Shown here piece by piece: positions 49,028-57,636 of a stretch of 64,000 nucleotides of DNA (positions within the stretch are counted from its first letter, which is position 1; each line of letters starts with the position of its first letter). The DNA lies in the NCBI GenBank assembly GCA_039794085.1, contig JBDIWC010000001.1, positions 1 to 64,000 on the forward strand. Direction: 5' to 3'. The notes under the pieces are model-generated. The model worked only from the letters and a program-made list of their open reading frames with translations, had not been told where the DNA came from and searched no databases. The DNA comes from Gemmatimonadales bacterium (GTDB taxonomy: Bacteria > Gemmatimonadota > Gemmatimonadetes > Gemmatimonadales > GWC2-71-9). A program made the position numbers and the translations under genes.

Positions 49028-49918
49028 ATGAGCCCACCGCCACTTCCCCCAGCCCTGCTCCCCATCGGAATCGTCGGGATCGGCCGCGCCGGCGCCCTCT
49101 TCGCCCGGGCCCTGGCACACGCCGGCATGCCCGTTCACGTCTGGACCCGGCACCCCGAGCACCTCCCGGCCGACCTGGCCGAGCGGAGTGAGCGGGACCT
49201 GGGAGCGCTTGCACGCCGGAGCCGCACCGTGATCATCGCCGTGACCGACCGGGCCATCGTCGAGGTGACCACCGCCGCGGGGGCCCTCGTGGAGGACACC
49301 ACGCGCCGGGCCTGGGTACACCTGAGCGGGGCCCTCGGTGCCGGAATCCTGGCCCCCGTCGTGCCCACCGGCGATATTGTCGCGGCGATGCACCCCCTGC
49401 AGACCATCGCCCCCGATGCCGACCCCCGCCTCTTCCAAGGGGCCCTCGCGGCCATCGATGCACCCGATGACACGGGCCTGGCCCTCGCCTCCACACTCGC
49501 GCTCCACCTCGGAATGCACCCGGTCCCCGTGCCCGCGGCCGCCCGCCCCGGCTATCATGCGGCGGGGGCCCTGGCCTCCGGAGGACTCACGACGGTGCTG
49601 GTCACTGCACGTGAGGTTCTCCAGGAAGCCGGACTTCCCCGTGGGGAGATCCGCGAAGGATTGCGCGCCATCGCCACCACCGCCCTCGAGGCGGCGCTCG
49701 CGGACGATCCTGACCAGGGGTGGACCGGACCGGTGGTCCGGGGTGATGCCTCCACCCTGCGAGCCCAGCTCGAGGCCCTCGACCGCTTCCCCCCGGACGT
49801 CGGGGACCTGTTCCGGGCCCTGATGCGCACCCTGCTCGCCCGGCTCGATCGGCATCCCACCCTCCCGGCCACTCCTCGCGATGCGGTCAGGGCGATGCTG
49901 ACAGAGTCCCGCCGATGA
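49028..49918 (+). CDS. Rossmann-like + DUF2520 protein (PanG-type ketopantoate reductase candidate)
   Basis: GIGRAG, H.SGA, HPLQT, YHAA, TGPVVRGD. Overlaps panC. Confidence 0.85.
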   Translation: MSPPPLPPALLPIGIVGIGRAGALFARALAHAGMPVHVWTRHPEHLPADLAERSERDLGALARRSRTVIIAVTDRAIVEVTTAAGALVEDTTRRAWVHLSGALGAGILAPVVPTGDIVAAMHPLQTIAPDADPRLFQGALAAIDAPDDTGLALASTLALHLGMHPVPVPAAARPGYHAAGALASGGLTTVLVTAREVLQEAGLPRGEIREGLRAIATTALEAALADDPDQGWTGPVVRGDASTLRAQLEALDRFPPDVGDLFRALMRTLLARLDRHPTLPATPRDAVRAMLTESRR

Positions 49919-50757
49919 TCCGCGTCACCGCCCTCACCGACCTCACCCGGACCCTGACGGAGATGCGCTCGCGCGGCCTCCCGATCGGCCTGGTCCCGAC
50001 CATGGGAGCCCTGCACGCCGGCCACGCCGCCCTGATCGAGGCGGCGCGGGACGCGGGCGACACCCCCGTGGTCAGCGTGTTTGTGAACCCCACCCAGTTC
50101 GGCCCGGGAGAGGATTTTGAGCGCTACCCCCGAACCCCGGAGGAGGACGCCGCCCTCGCTCGGGACGCCGGAGCCCAGGTGGTCTGGTCGCCCCCGGCCG
50201 AGTCGATCTACCCTTCGGGAGAAGCCACGCGGGTGCAGGTGGGCCCCCTCGCGGAGATCCTGGAGGGCGCCTGTCGCCCGGGGCACTTCGACGGGGTCGC
50301 CACTGTGGTGGTAAAGCTGCTGATTGCTACGAGACCGGACCGCCTCTACCTGGGCGAGAAGGATTATCAGCAGACGGTGGTGCTCCGCCAGGTGGTGCGC
50401 GACCTCCTCCTTCCCGTGTCCCTCGTGGTGGTTCCCACGGTGAGGGATCCCGATGGCCTCGCACTCAGCAGCCGCAACCGATTCCTCTCTCCCTCCGATC
50501 GCGCTGATGCCCTCCGGATTCCGGAGGCCCTGGCACGGGCGGACGAGCTGGTGAAGGAGGGCGAACGGTGCCCGCAGGTCATCGAGCGGGTGATGCAGAC
50601 CGTCCTGGAGGGCGGCGCATCACTTCGGACCGAGTACGTCGTGGTGCGGGACGAATCGCTCGAGCCGGTGGACACCGTCACCGGACCGGTGCGCGCTCTG
50701 ATCGCCGCGCGGGTCGGGAGCACCCGTCTCATCGACAACCTTTTGCTGGTTCCATGA
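49915..50757 (+). CDS. panC: pantoate--beta-alanine ligase
   Basis: VPTMGALHAGH, FVNPTQF, RPGHFDGV, GEKDYQQ, LALSSRN, RLIDN. Confidence 0.98.
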   Translation: MIRVTALTDLTRTLTEMRSRGLPIGLVPTMGALHAGHAALIEAARDAGDTPVVSVFVNPTQFGPGEDFERYPRTPEEDAALARDAGAQVVWSPPAESIYPSGEATRVQVGPLAEILEGACRPGHFDGVATVVVKLLIATRPDRLYLGEKDYQQTVVLRQVVRDLLLPVSLVVVPTVRDPDGLALSSRNRFLSPSDRADALRIPEALARADELVKEGERCPQVIERVMQTVLEGGASLRTEYVVVRDESLEPVDTVTGPVRALIAARVGSTRLIDNLLLVP

Positions 50758-51620
50758 GGGCACCCCTGACCGCCGAGACACTCCGCCAGGCGGCGGGGGG
50801 AGGGGGTCCTCCCCTCGTGATGGTGACCGCCTACGACGTCATGAGTGCGCGCCTCGCCGAGGCCGCGGGCGTGGACCTGATTCTGGTGGGGGACTCGGCG
50901 GGGATGGTCATGCTGGGATACGAGAACACCAGCGCCGTCACCATGGAGGAGATGCTCCTCTTCTGCCGGGCCGTGGCCCGCGGCGCCACGAACACCATGC
51001 TCATCGGGGATCTCCCCGCCCACAGCTACGAATCGGGAGACACCCTGGCGGTGGCCAACGCGGAGCGACTGGTGCGCGAGTCGGGGATGCACGCCGTCAA
51101 GCTGGAGGGCGCCGGGCCGATGATTCCCCGAGTCCGCGCGGTCACCGCCGCCGGCATTCCGGTCATGGGACACCTGGGGCTCCTGCCGCAGTCGGTGCAC
51201 ACGCCGGGGGGATATCGGGCGCAGGCCCGCACCGCCTCCGAGGCCCAGGCCCTTCTCGACGATGCGCAGGCGCTGGAGGAGGCGGGGGCCGTGGCCGTCG
51301 TGCTGGAGGCGATCCCTCCCGAGGTGGCGGCGGCCGTCACCGAGCTCCTCACCGTCCCCACGATCGGCATCGGGGCCGGGTCCCGGACCGATGGGCAGGT
51401 ACTGGTCTGGCACGATCTCCTGGGGATCACCCCTCCCCCGCATCCCCGCTTCGTCCGGCAGTATGCCGACCTCGCCTCCGAGATCACCGACGCCCTCTCC
51501 CGCTACGCCACCGACGTCCGGACCCGCGCCTTTCCCACCGCGGAGCACGAGTATGGAATGGCGGCAGCGGAGAAGGATACTTTTGAGCGGATGGTCCGAG
51601 GGCGGGGGCAGCCCGACTGA
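50754..51620 (+). CDS. panB: 3-methyl-2-oxobutanoate hydroxymethyltransferase
   Basis: TAYD, LVGDS, VKLEG, GHLGL.PQS, IGIGAG..DGQVLV..D.LG. Confidence 0.98.
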   Translation: MRAPLTAETLRQAAGGGGPPLVMVTAYDVMSARLAEAAGVDLILVGDSAGMVMLGYENTSAVTMEEMLLFCRAVARGATNTMLIGDLPAHSYESGDTLAVANAERLVRESGMHAVKLEGAGPMIPRVRAVTAAGIPVMGHLGLLPQSVHTPGGYRAQARTASEAQALLDDAQALEEAGAVAVVLEAIPPEVAAAVTELLTVPTIGIGAGSRTDGQVLVWHDLLGITPPPHPRFVRQYADLASEITDALSRYATDVRTRAFPTAEHEYGMAAAEKDTFERMVRGRGQPD

Positions 51621-51683
51621 GTAACGGGGTTGGCTGGTGGTGTTTTCTCGTTAGATCTTGGTCAACGGGACGGGCGGCACGAG

Positions 51684-51989
51684 CTATGTGAGTTCTTCCG
51701 GTATCTCGAACATCCGCTCCGCGCGGAAGACGGTGAGGATTCGCACCTCATCCTGCCCGGCGATGTATTGGTAGACTACCCGGTAGCTGCGCCATATCAC
51801 CTCGCGGATGTCGCCCCGATCGAGTTCAGGAACCATCCGGCCCATCTCCGGAAACTGGCGGAGGCGTCCGGTCGCCGCGATCAACGCCCGTACTGTCAGC
51901 CAGGCATAGTGCTCAGAATCTTGAGCGATGTAGGCGAAGATCGCCCCGAGATCGTCCCCCGCCTGAGGCGTCCAGCGGACGCGGGTCAC
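51684..51989 (-). CDS. RelE/ParE-family toxin
   Basis: V.WT..A..DL..I..YIA.DS, L..FP.MGR.VPE, IRE....YRVVY. Confidence 0.9.
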   Translation of the reverse strand: MTRVRWTPQAGDDLGAIFAYIAQDSEHYAWLTVRALIAATGRLRQFPEMGRMVPELDRGDIREVIWRSYRVVYQYIAGQDEVRILTVFRAERMFEIPEELT

Positions 51990-52171
51990 GGGGTGAAGCG
52001 TTTGACGATATCATCATGGGGAATGAGCTTACCCGCCTCGGCCTGGGCAATGCCCCGCTCAACCTTGGCCACAAAGACAAGGCGTTCGATCGCATCCTCC
52101 ATGGTCGCGTTGGCCGGAAGGCCGTCTACAGCGTCGAGGATTCGCTGCTTGAGGGGAGCAGTGCCGGTCAT
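51986..52171 (-). CDS. putative antitoxin, 61 aa
   Basis: LP..AT.ED..ERL..V.KVERG..Q..AG..IPH. GTGA overlap with the toxin. GAGG RBS. Confidence 0.82.
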   Translation of the reverse strand: MTGTAPLKQRILDAVDGLPANATMEDAIERLVFVAKVERGIAQAEAGKLIPHDDIVKRFTP

Positions 52172-52303
52172 AGTCGCCTCACAGGCAAAAGTACGTTGCT
52201 TCAAATAAGCCAGGTTGGGGGTGGTCGGCAACTCGACTGGAATGACCCACGTGGAGTAGAGTAGCGGTATCGGTTCGGAGGGCATGGCGGAACACGCTGG
52301 CGG

Positions 52304-53376
52304 TCAGCGGCTCGGCAACTCGAAGACCAGTACCGATGCCTCGCCCCGCGGCGCCATGTACAATCTCCGCCGCTCCGAGTCGACCGCGAAGTACCCGGTA
52401 TTGGGCAGGTCCGGGAAGGTCACCCGGCGGCGAACCGAACCATCGCTCGCGCGCAGCACGAGGAGGAGCCCGTCCTCCTCGTCGGCGGTGTTCAGCAGCA
52501 GCCACAGGTCGTCCCCCACCACTTCGGCATCGGTGACGTACTGAAGCGGATGGATGCGGGACGGGTCCTGTTCCTCGAGGTCGCGCGGAGGAACGTCTCG
52601 CGAGCCGCCCGCAGCACGGGCTCGTCCAGGGTGCGCGTCCAGAGAAGGTTGCCAACGGTGTCGTACCGGCGCACCTGGGGTTCGGCGAGGAACGTCAGAT
52701 AGAGGGAGTGGTCCGGGGCCCAGGCGAGCTCGGCCCGATTCCGAAAGGCATCCGGGACGCGGCCGTCCCGGATCTCGGACTTGAGCGCCGCAAAGTCCCA
52801 GGACGCGACCGGGGGAACGTTCGGCTCGCCGAAGGTCCTCACGCGGGCCCCCGCCGCATCGACCACAGCAATCATCGCATTCTCGAAGCCCTCGATTGAC
52901 GCTGCGACCACGCCGTCGCTCCGGAAGTCGCGCCCGGCACCGAGTCCTGGAGCGTCCACCCGGTAGCTCCGCCCCAGCACACCGGCGCTGTCGAAAACCT
53001 GCACCCGATTGCTTGTGGCGTCGAGCACCCACACCGAGTCGCCGCTGGCTTCGACGACGTACGGCATCTCGAACTCGCCGGGGCCCGACCCTTCGCGGCC
53101 GATCGTCCGGCGAACCGCACCGTCGGGACCGACCACCAGCACGTGCTTGAAGCCGTAATCCGCGATGTGGACATCCCCGTGCGGCGAAAGGGCCAGGTCG
53201 TACACGCCGCCGATGAGTTCGGACCCGGTGGCAACCAGGGTATCCATGGGGACGAGCGCCAGAGACTCGACGGCACTCGATGGGCGGGCATCCATGCAAC
53301 CGGCCATCGTGGTGACGGTCACAAACACAACCCCGGCCGATCGGATCTGAATTCCCAAGCGCGGTCTAACGCACAT
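52304..53376 (-). pseudogene. 6-bladed beta-propeller (NHL/TolB-like) lipoprotein, frameshifted near 52585
   Basis: IGREGSGPGEF..P motif. The frame of ORF 52492-53469 is protein-like to ...ARETFL. The C-terminus (LEEQDPSRIHPLQYVTD...FELPSR) lies in the frame of ORF 52304-53299. Confidence 0.75.
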
Positions 53377-53675
53377 TGTCACCTTTCCCCTGGGAGACCG
53401 GAATCCTGCTGTCCGGACGGGAGGTTTCTCTCGTGAGGGTTTCTCAAACCTATCGCCTGGGAGGTTCATCAGGCAACCACCCTGGCCTCGGGCGCGACTC
53501 CCTCCAGGTCGCCTTTGAGAAAGGGCTCCCCATGCCCCAATGGCTGCATGCCTGTGGTCGCCGCTGGTCCGTCACGTCACCGTTGCCGGGCGGCAGGGCG
53601 CCCTCCAAGGAAACAGAGCGGATGCCAAGCGGGTGATGCAGCGGCGCCCAGGTGGCTCGCCGACTTTGTGAAATC

Positions 53676-53707
53676 TTTCACAAACACACGAAGCAAGACC
53701 TGACCCC
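53676..53707 (+). repeat. TTTCACAA-N10-CAAGACCTGACCCC motif, copy 1
   Basis: Same 8-mer, 14-mer and spacing at 54536-54567. The 8-mer is the right arm of the palindrome TTTGTGAAA-TC-TTTCACAAA. Confidence 0.8.
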
Positions 53708-53784
53708 ATGCCCGATCGTGCCCACCAAGCCAGGGTCGAGATCCCGCCGTACCCGGTCCCCGCCACCGCGTGTCGGCGCCGGTC

Positions 53785-54024
53785 TCAGCCGACGATCGCC
53801 AACGGCTTCAGCCGGGCGATTTTCGCAGCGTCGTCGGACCGCAGGGCATGCCACAGATCCCGATCCTGCTGCAACCCGAGCCAGAAGTCCGCACTCCTGC
53901 CGGTCACGCGCGCGAGCCGCAGGGCCGTGTCGGGTGTGACGCTCCGCTTCCCGTTGATGACCTCGAGGAGCATCTCGCCCGGATGCGTCGGAGGGCGGTG
54001 CGTGGGCAAGCGCCGCTGCACCAA
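53785..54024 (-). pseudogene. higA: HigA-family antitoxin with an internal deletion of the HTH
   Basis: PTHPGEMLLE joins directly to VINGKRSVTPDTALRLAR...SADFWLGLQ. The helices normally between them are missing. Confidence 0.8.
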
Positions 54025-54040
54025 GCCCCGTTCGGTTCCT

Positions 54041-54142
54041 TTAGTGATAGTCTGTGACTTCGACGTCGTCGGCATGGCCGTTCTCCCACCGGAAACAGAC
54101 CCGGTACTGGTCGTTGATGCGAATACTGGACTGCCCGGCCCG
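54041..54142 (-). pseudogene. higB: HigB (plasmid maintenance killer) toxin, 3' remnant
   Basis: RAGQSSIRINDQYRVCFRWENGHADDVEVTDYH* is the typical HigB C-terminus. The 5' part is replaced by the repeat element. Confidence 0.85.
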
Positions 54143-54520
54143 GTGGATTTCGGAGTGAGCTGAGGGGCTCCGGTGGCCAGGCGGACGGGGGAATGGCCAC
54201 AAGAGGCACAAAAGGCACAAGAACCACGAGTCCCGCGGAGGGTGGCTCGCGGTCGGGAAGGGGGCGGAACCACCGATGACGCAGATGACACCAAGCCGCC
54301 CGCCCCCCCCTCGCTGACTCGACTCGGGCCCGGTCTGGGCAGGATTCACTTCACTCTGCGTCATCGGTGTCATCCGTGGTTTCTTCCGGGGGGGGGGGGA
54401 GGTGAGGCCCCGGTGCTCAGGTTGACGGTTTTGTTCCTTTTGTGCTTTTTGTGGTTTGCCTTTTGGGGTGAGGGGAGGCGCTCGGGGCTGAACATGGACC
54501 CATGGCCAGGCCTGAAGAGC
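54142..54520 (-). mobile_element. dispersed non-coding element (MITE/REP-like), copy 2, abutting truncated higB
   Basis: Reverse complement matches 40429-40745, with an extra internal GTCATC arm and a G12 tract. Confidence 0.75.
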
Positions 54521-54535
54521 CTGACATATTTCACA

Positions 54536-54567
54536 TTTCACAATCGCGGAAAACAAGACCTGACCCC
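54536..54567 (+). repeat. TTTCACAA-N10-CAAGACCTGACCCC motif, copy 2
   Basis: Direct repeat of 53676-53707. Confidence 0.8.
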
Positions 54568-54636
54568 GGCGGTGCGACCCCGGCGGTGCCGCAGACCCGG
54601 TGGCGTTTCGGCCCGCGCCCCCCTACGATTATGCCG

Positions 54637-54725
54637 GGAGCGGTGGCAGAGGCCGGTCGATTGCGCCCGACTTGAAATCGGGTAGGCCCGCGAGGGTCTC
54701 GTGGGTTCGAATCCCACCCGCTCCG
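54637..54725 (+). tRNA. tRNA-Ser (TGA)
   Basis: GGAGCGG/CCGCTCC acceptor stem, G discriminator, CCCGA-CTTGAAA-TCGGG anticodon arm, long variable arm, GGTTCGAATCC. Confidence 0.95.
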
Positions 54726-54819
54726 TTTTTTTTGCCCTACCAGGCCCCCCCACCCGCTTCCCCCCTGGCATGTTCCTGGCTCTTACCTGACTGAAACCTC
54801 TACAGTCCGGGATGGCCAA

Positions 54820-55290
54820 TTGTCGCATTCTTGTACAGATCGAACGATCAACAGTACCCGCCCGGCCTCGCGGTCACTCGGACCTCTCCTGGCCGTGGCG
54901 CTTCCCCTCCTGTCGGGCGCCTGCGGAGCGACCACCGCACCCTCGGACAGCCTCCCGCTCGGAGCGGTGGCGATTACCCCGTCGCGCACTTATTCCGAAT
55001 GGTTTGCCAAGACGGAAGCCTGCTCCGGGAGAACTGGCAATTTATCAACAATTCAATTCTTTGTCGTACCAGGGGTTACAGCATTTTCCACAGACGCCGG
55101 AAACAAAGCAGGAATGTGGATAAAGGAGGGTGACCGGAGCAACATCGTGCTCGCAGGAGCATTCCAGGATCATGAAATGGTGGTTCGGCATGAAATGCTC
55201 CATGCCCTCATCGGGGCGGCGGGACACCCGCAGGGGATGTTCGAAGGCGCGTGCCGTTTGACCTGGGAAACGTGGAACACCACGGGATGA
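54820..55290 (+). CDS. small putative lipoprotein with an HEXXH motif
   Basis: Hydrophobic signal with LSGAC. VVRHEMLHAL...GH. More AT-rich than the flanks. Start uncertain. Confidence 0.7.
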   Translation: MSHSCTDRTINSTRPASRSLGPLLAVALPLLSGACGATTAPSDSLPLGAVAITPSRTYSEWFAKTEACSGRTGNLSTIQFFVVPGVTAFSTDAGNKAGMWIKEGDRSNIVLAGAFQDHEMVVRHEMLHALIGAAGHPQGMFEGACRLTWETWNTTG

Positions 55291-55350
55291 TGAATTGGCG
55301 CAACAACGTGCATTCTTGCTACACCATCAATTCAGCGAGGTGAGGAACCA

Positions 55351-55548
55351 ATGCGCCTGCGAGACAACATCGTGTTGCTGACACGCAACAAGCAGAACGT
55401 CCGGATTCTGGTCCGCAGGGGCGCCACCGAGGGAAGTTCGTACCGGGACTTTCTCAAGCGAATCCGCATCGGGGATCCTGGAGAATCCGGGCCGCCCGGT
55501 CCGGCGTCCCCCCCCTCGGAGGCAGGAATCACTCGACACGAGTGGTAA
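55351..55548 (+). CDS. small hypothetical protein, 65 aa
   Basis: GAGGTGAGGA RBS before ATG. Fills the gap before tRNA-Ser(GCT). Confidence 0.5.
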   Translation: MRLRDNIVLLTRNKQNVRILVRRGATEGSSYRDFLKRIRIGDPGESGPPGPASPPSEAGITRHEW

Positions 55549-55592
55549 GGGTTGCCCCGAACGCCCGGTGCGGACACTTTTCCCCCCCGCAT

Positions 55593-55682
55593 GGAGCGGT
55601 GGCCGAGAGGCTTAAGGCACCGGTTTGCTAAACCGACATAGGGGGTCAACCTCTATCGAGGGTTCGAATCCCTCCCGCTCCG
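55593..55682 (+). tRNA. tRNA-Ser (GCT)
   Basis: GGAGCGG/CCGCTCC acceptor stem, CGGT-TTGCTAA-ACCG anticodon arm, long variable arm, GGTTCGAATCC. Confidence 0.93.
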
Positions 55683-55760
55683 CTTGAGGTCCGGGTCCGG
55701 GGCGCCGCGTTGCGCGGTGTTCCCGGTCCGGCACCCTCTCCCTCATCACCCAGAAACGCC

Positions 55761-57179
55761 ATGATTCGCGTCCGTTTTGCTCCCTCGCCCACCGGATATC
55801 TTCATGTCGGCGGCGCCCGCACCGCGTTGTACAACTGGCTCTTCGCCCGGAAAATGGGGGGAGTCCTGGTGCTGCGAATCGAGGACACCGACCGGGACCG
55901 GAGTTCCGAGGAGCACATCCGCGCCATCGTGGACGGCATGACCTGGCTCGGGATCTCCTGGGACGAGGGGCCCACCTTCCAGGGCGCCCAGGGGGACCAG
56001 CACCGGGCCGACGCGATGCGCCTGCTCGAGGCGGGTCGCGCCTATCGGTGTTTCTGCACTCCCGCCCAGCTCGAGGCCGATCGGGCCGCCGCCACCGCCG
56101 AGGGAGGAGACGCCTTCCGGTACAGCGGTCGCTGCCGCACTCTCCCCGCCGACCAGGCCGAGACGAGGGTTGCGGCCGGTTCGCCGTACACCGTTCGTCT
56201 CCTCATGCCGCGGGAGGAGCTGGCCTGGGACGATGCGGTTCACGGACGGATCTCCTTTCAGGGCGGCGACCTCGATGACTTCGTGATCCTCCGGACCGAT
56301 GGATCTCCCATCTACAACCTGGCTGTCGTGTCCGACGACATCGCCATGAACATCACCCACGTCATCCGGGGCGACGACCACATCTCCAACACGCCCAAGC
56401 AGATCGCCATTTACCGGGGCCTGGGACGCACCCCCCCGGTCTTTGCGCACGTGCCGATGATCCACGGGACGGATGGCCGCAAGCTCTCGAAGCGGCACGG
56501 CGCCACCGCCGTGGGAGACTACCGGGACCAGGGCATCCTGCCGGAGGCCTTGCGCAACTTCCTCCTCCTCCTGGGCTGGTCCAGCGGCGACGACACCGAG
56601 CTGTTCACCGAGGAGGAGATGATCGCCCGATTCTCCCTCGAGGGAATCCAGCGCAAGGCGGCTGTTTTCGACCCCACCAAGCTCGAGTGGATGAACGGGC
56701 AGTATCTGACCTCGCGGAGCGCCGAGGACCTCGAGCCGATCACCCGGCGGGAACTGGCCCGGCTCGGCGTGGACCCCGGCCCCCGCGACCTGCTCCCCCT
56801 CATTGGTGCCGTGCAGGGGCGCGCCCGAACGACTCTCCAGCTGGCCGAGCGGGTGGCCCTCCGGCTCGATCCGGGCCGGGCCATTCCGGACGAGAAAGTC
56901 GAGGCCCTGCGCCGAAAGCTCGGCCCCGCCTGGACCGGGCATGTCCAGAGCGCCCTCGACATCCTGGAGTCGATCCCCGAGGCCGAATGGCAGGCGCCGC
57001 TTCTGTTGGAGCGCCTGACCGCCCTGGCGGAAGAGAAACGGGTGAAGCTGGGCGACATCATGCAGCCCATCCGCGCGATTCTCACCGGAACCACGGTCTC
57101 GGAGCCGGTGAACGAGCTTCTCGTGGTCATCGGGCGGGATGCGTCTCTGCGCCACCTCCGGAGGTCACTCGCCTCGTGA
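55761..57179 (+). CDS. gltX: glutamate--tRNA ligase
   Basis: RVRFAPSPTGYLHVGG, LRIEDTD, HVIRGDDH.SNT, KLSKRHG. Confidence 0.98.
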   Translation: MIRVRFAPSPTGYLHVGGARTALYNWLFARKMGGVLVLRIEDTDRDRSSEEHIRAIVDGMTWLGISWDEGPTFQGAQGDQHRADAMRLLEAGRAYRCFCTPAQLEADRAAATAEGGDAFRYSGRCRTLPADQAETRVAAGSPYTVRLLMPREELAWDDAVHGRISFQGGDLDDFVILRTDGSPIYNLAVVSDDIAMNITHVIRGDDHISNTPKQIAIYRGLGRTPPVFAHVPMIHGTDGRKLSKRHGATAVGDYRDQGILPEALRNFLLLLGWSSGDDTELFTEEEMIARFSLEGIQRKAAVFDPTKLEWMNGQYLTSRSAEDLEPITRRELARLGVDPGPRDLLPLIGAVQGRARTTLQLAERVALRLDPGRAIPDEKVEALRRKLGPAWTGHVQSALDILESIPEAEWQAPLLLERLTALAEEKRVKLGDIMQPIRAILTGTTVSEPVNELLVVIGRDASLRHLRRSLAS

Positions 57180-57192
57180 TCCGCGGGGGAGG

Positions 57193-57636
57193 CTACATCA
57201 CCAGGGACTGGTCGAACCGCCAGGCCTGATCCAGAAACCGATCGAGCAACCCCTGGTCGATGAAGGCGTCGAGAGCCTCGCGCGTCGCCTCGGCGTTCAT
57301 TCCCCAGATGGTGGCGCGGCGGAAGGGACCCTCGAAGGCCACCTGCAGATAGGAGCGCTCCTCGCGGCTCCACACCAGGGGAAGTATCCCGGCAAAGTAC
57401 TGGGACACCGCGTTGGCCCCGGGCCCCCCCACGGCGATGGTCGGACTCCGGTGGTAGTCCTCCCGTTGCATGTACCAGGCGTCCTGGACCACCAGGGCCC
57501 GGCGATAGTGATGACCCCCGCCTCGGGTGTCGATCACCTGCCGCAGGTGGTAGGCCAGCGGCTCGTCCTTCAGCTCCGCCGACAGGCTCGCGCCCACCAC
57601 CACCAGCACCGTTTCCACCGGATCGATCAGTCTCAT
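57193..57636 (-). CDS. conserved hypothetical protein
   Basis: 147-aa ORF with globular composition (PTIAVGGPGANA). ATGA overlap with the upstream gene. Confidence 0.8.
   Translation of the reverse strand: MRLIDPVETVLVVVGASLSAELKDEPLAYHLRQVIDTRGGGHHYRRALVVQDAWYMQREDYHRSPTIAVGGPGANAVSQYFAGILPLVWSREERSYLQVAFEGPFRRATIWGMNAEATREALDAFIDQGLLDRFLDQAWRFDQSLVM

Noticed and set aside
51621..53470. Integron attC sites around the TA and propeller genes
   Set aside because: Isolated core-like heptamers exist (ATCTAAC near 51650 and GTTAGAC near 53364, minus strand), but no paired R/L boxes and no integrase were found.
54637..54725. tRNA-Sec, given selA in the window
   Set aside because: The anticodon is TGA (reads UCA, Ser), not TCA, and the acceptor stem is the standard 7 bp.
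55295..55315. Sigma-54 promoter before the 65-aa ORF
   Set aside because: The GG to GC spacing in TGGCGCAACAACGTGC is one base longer than the strict -24/-12 consensus.
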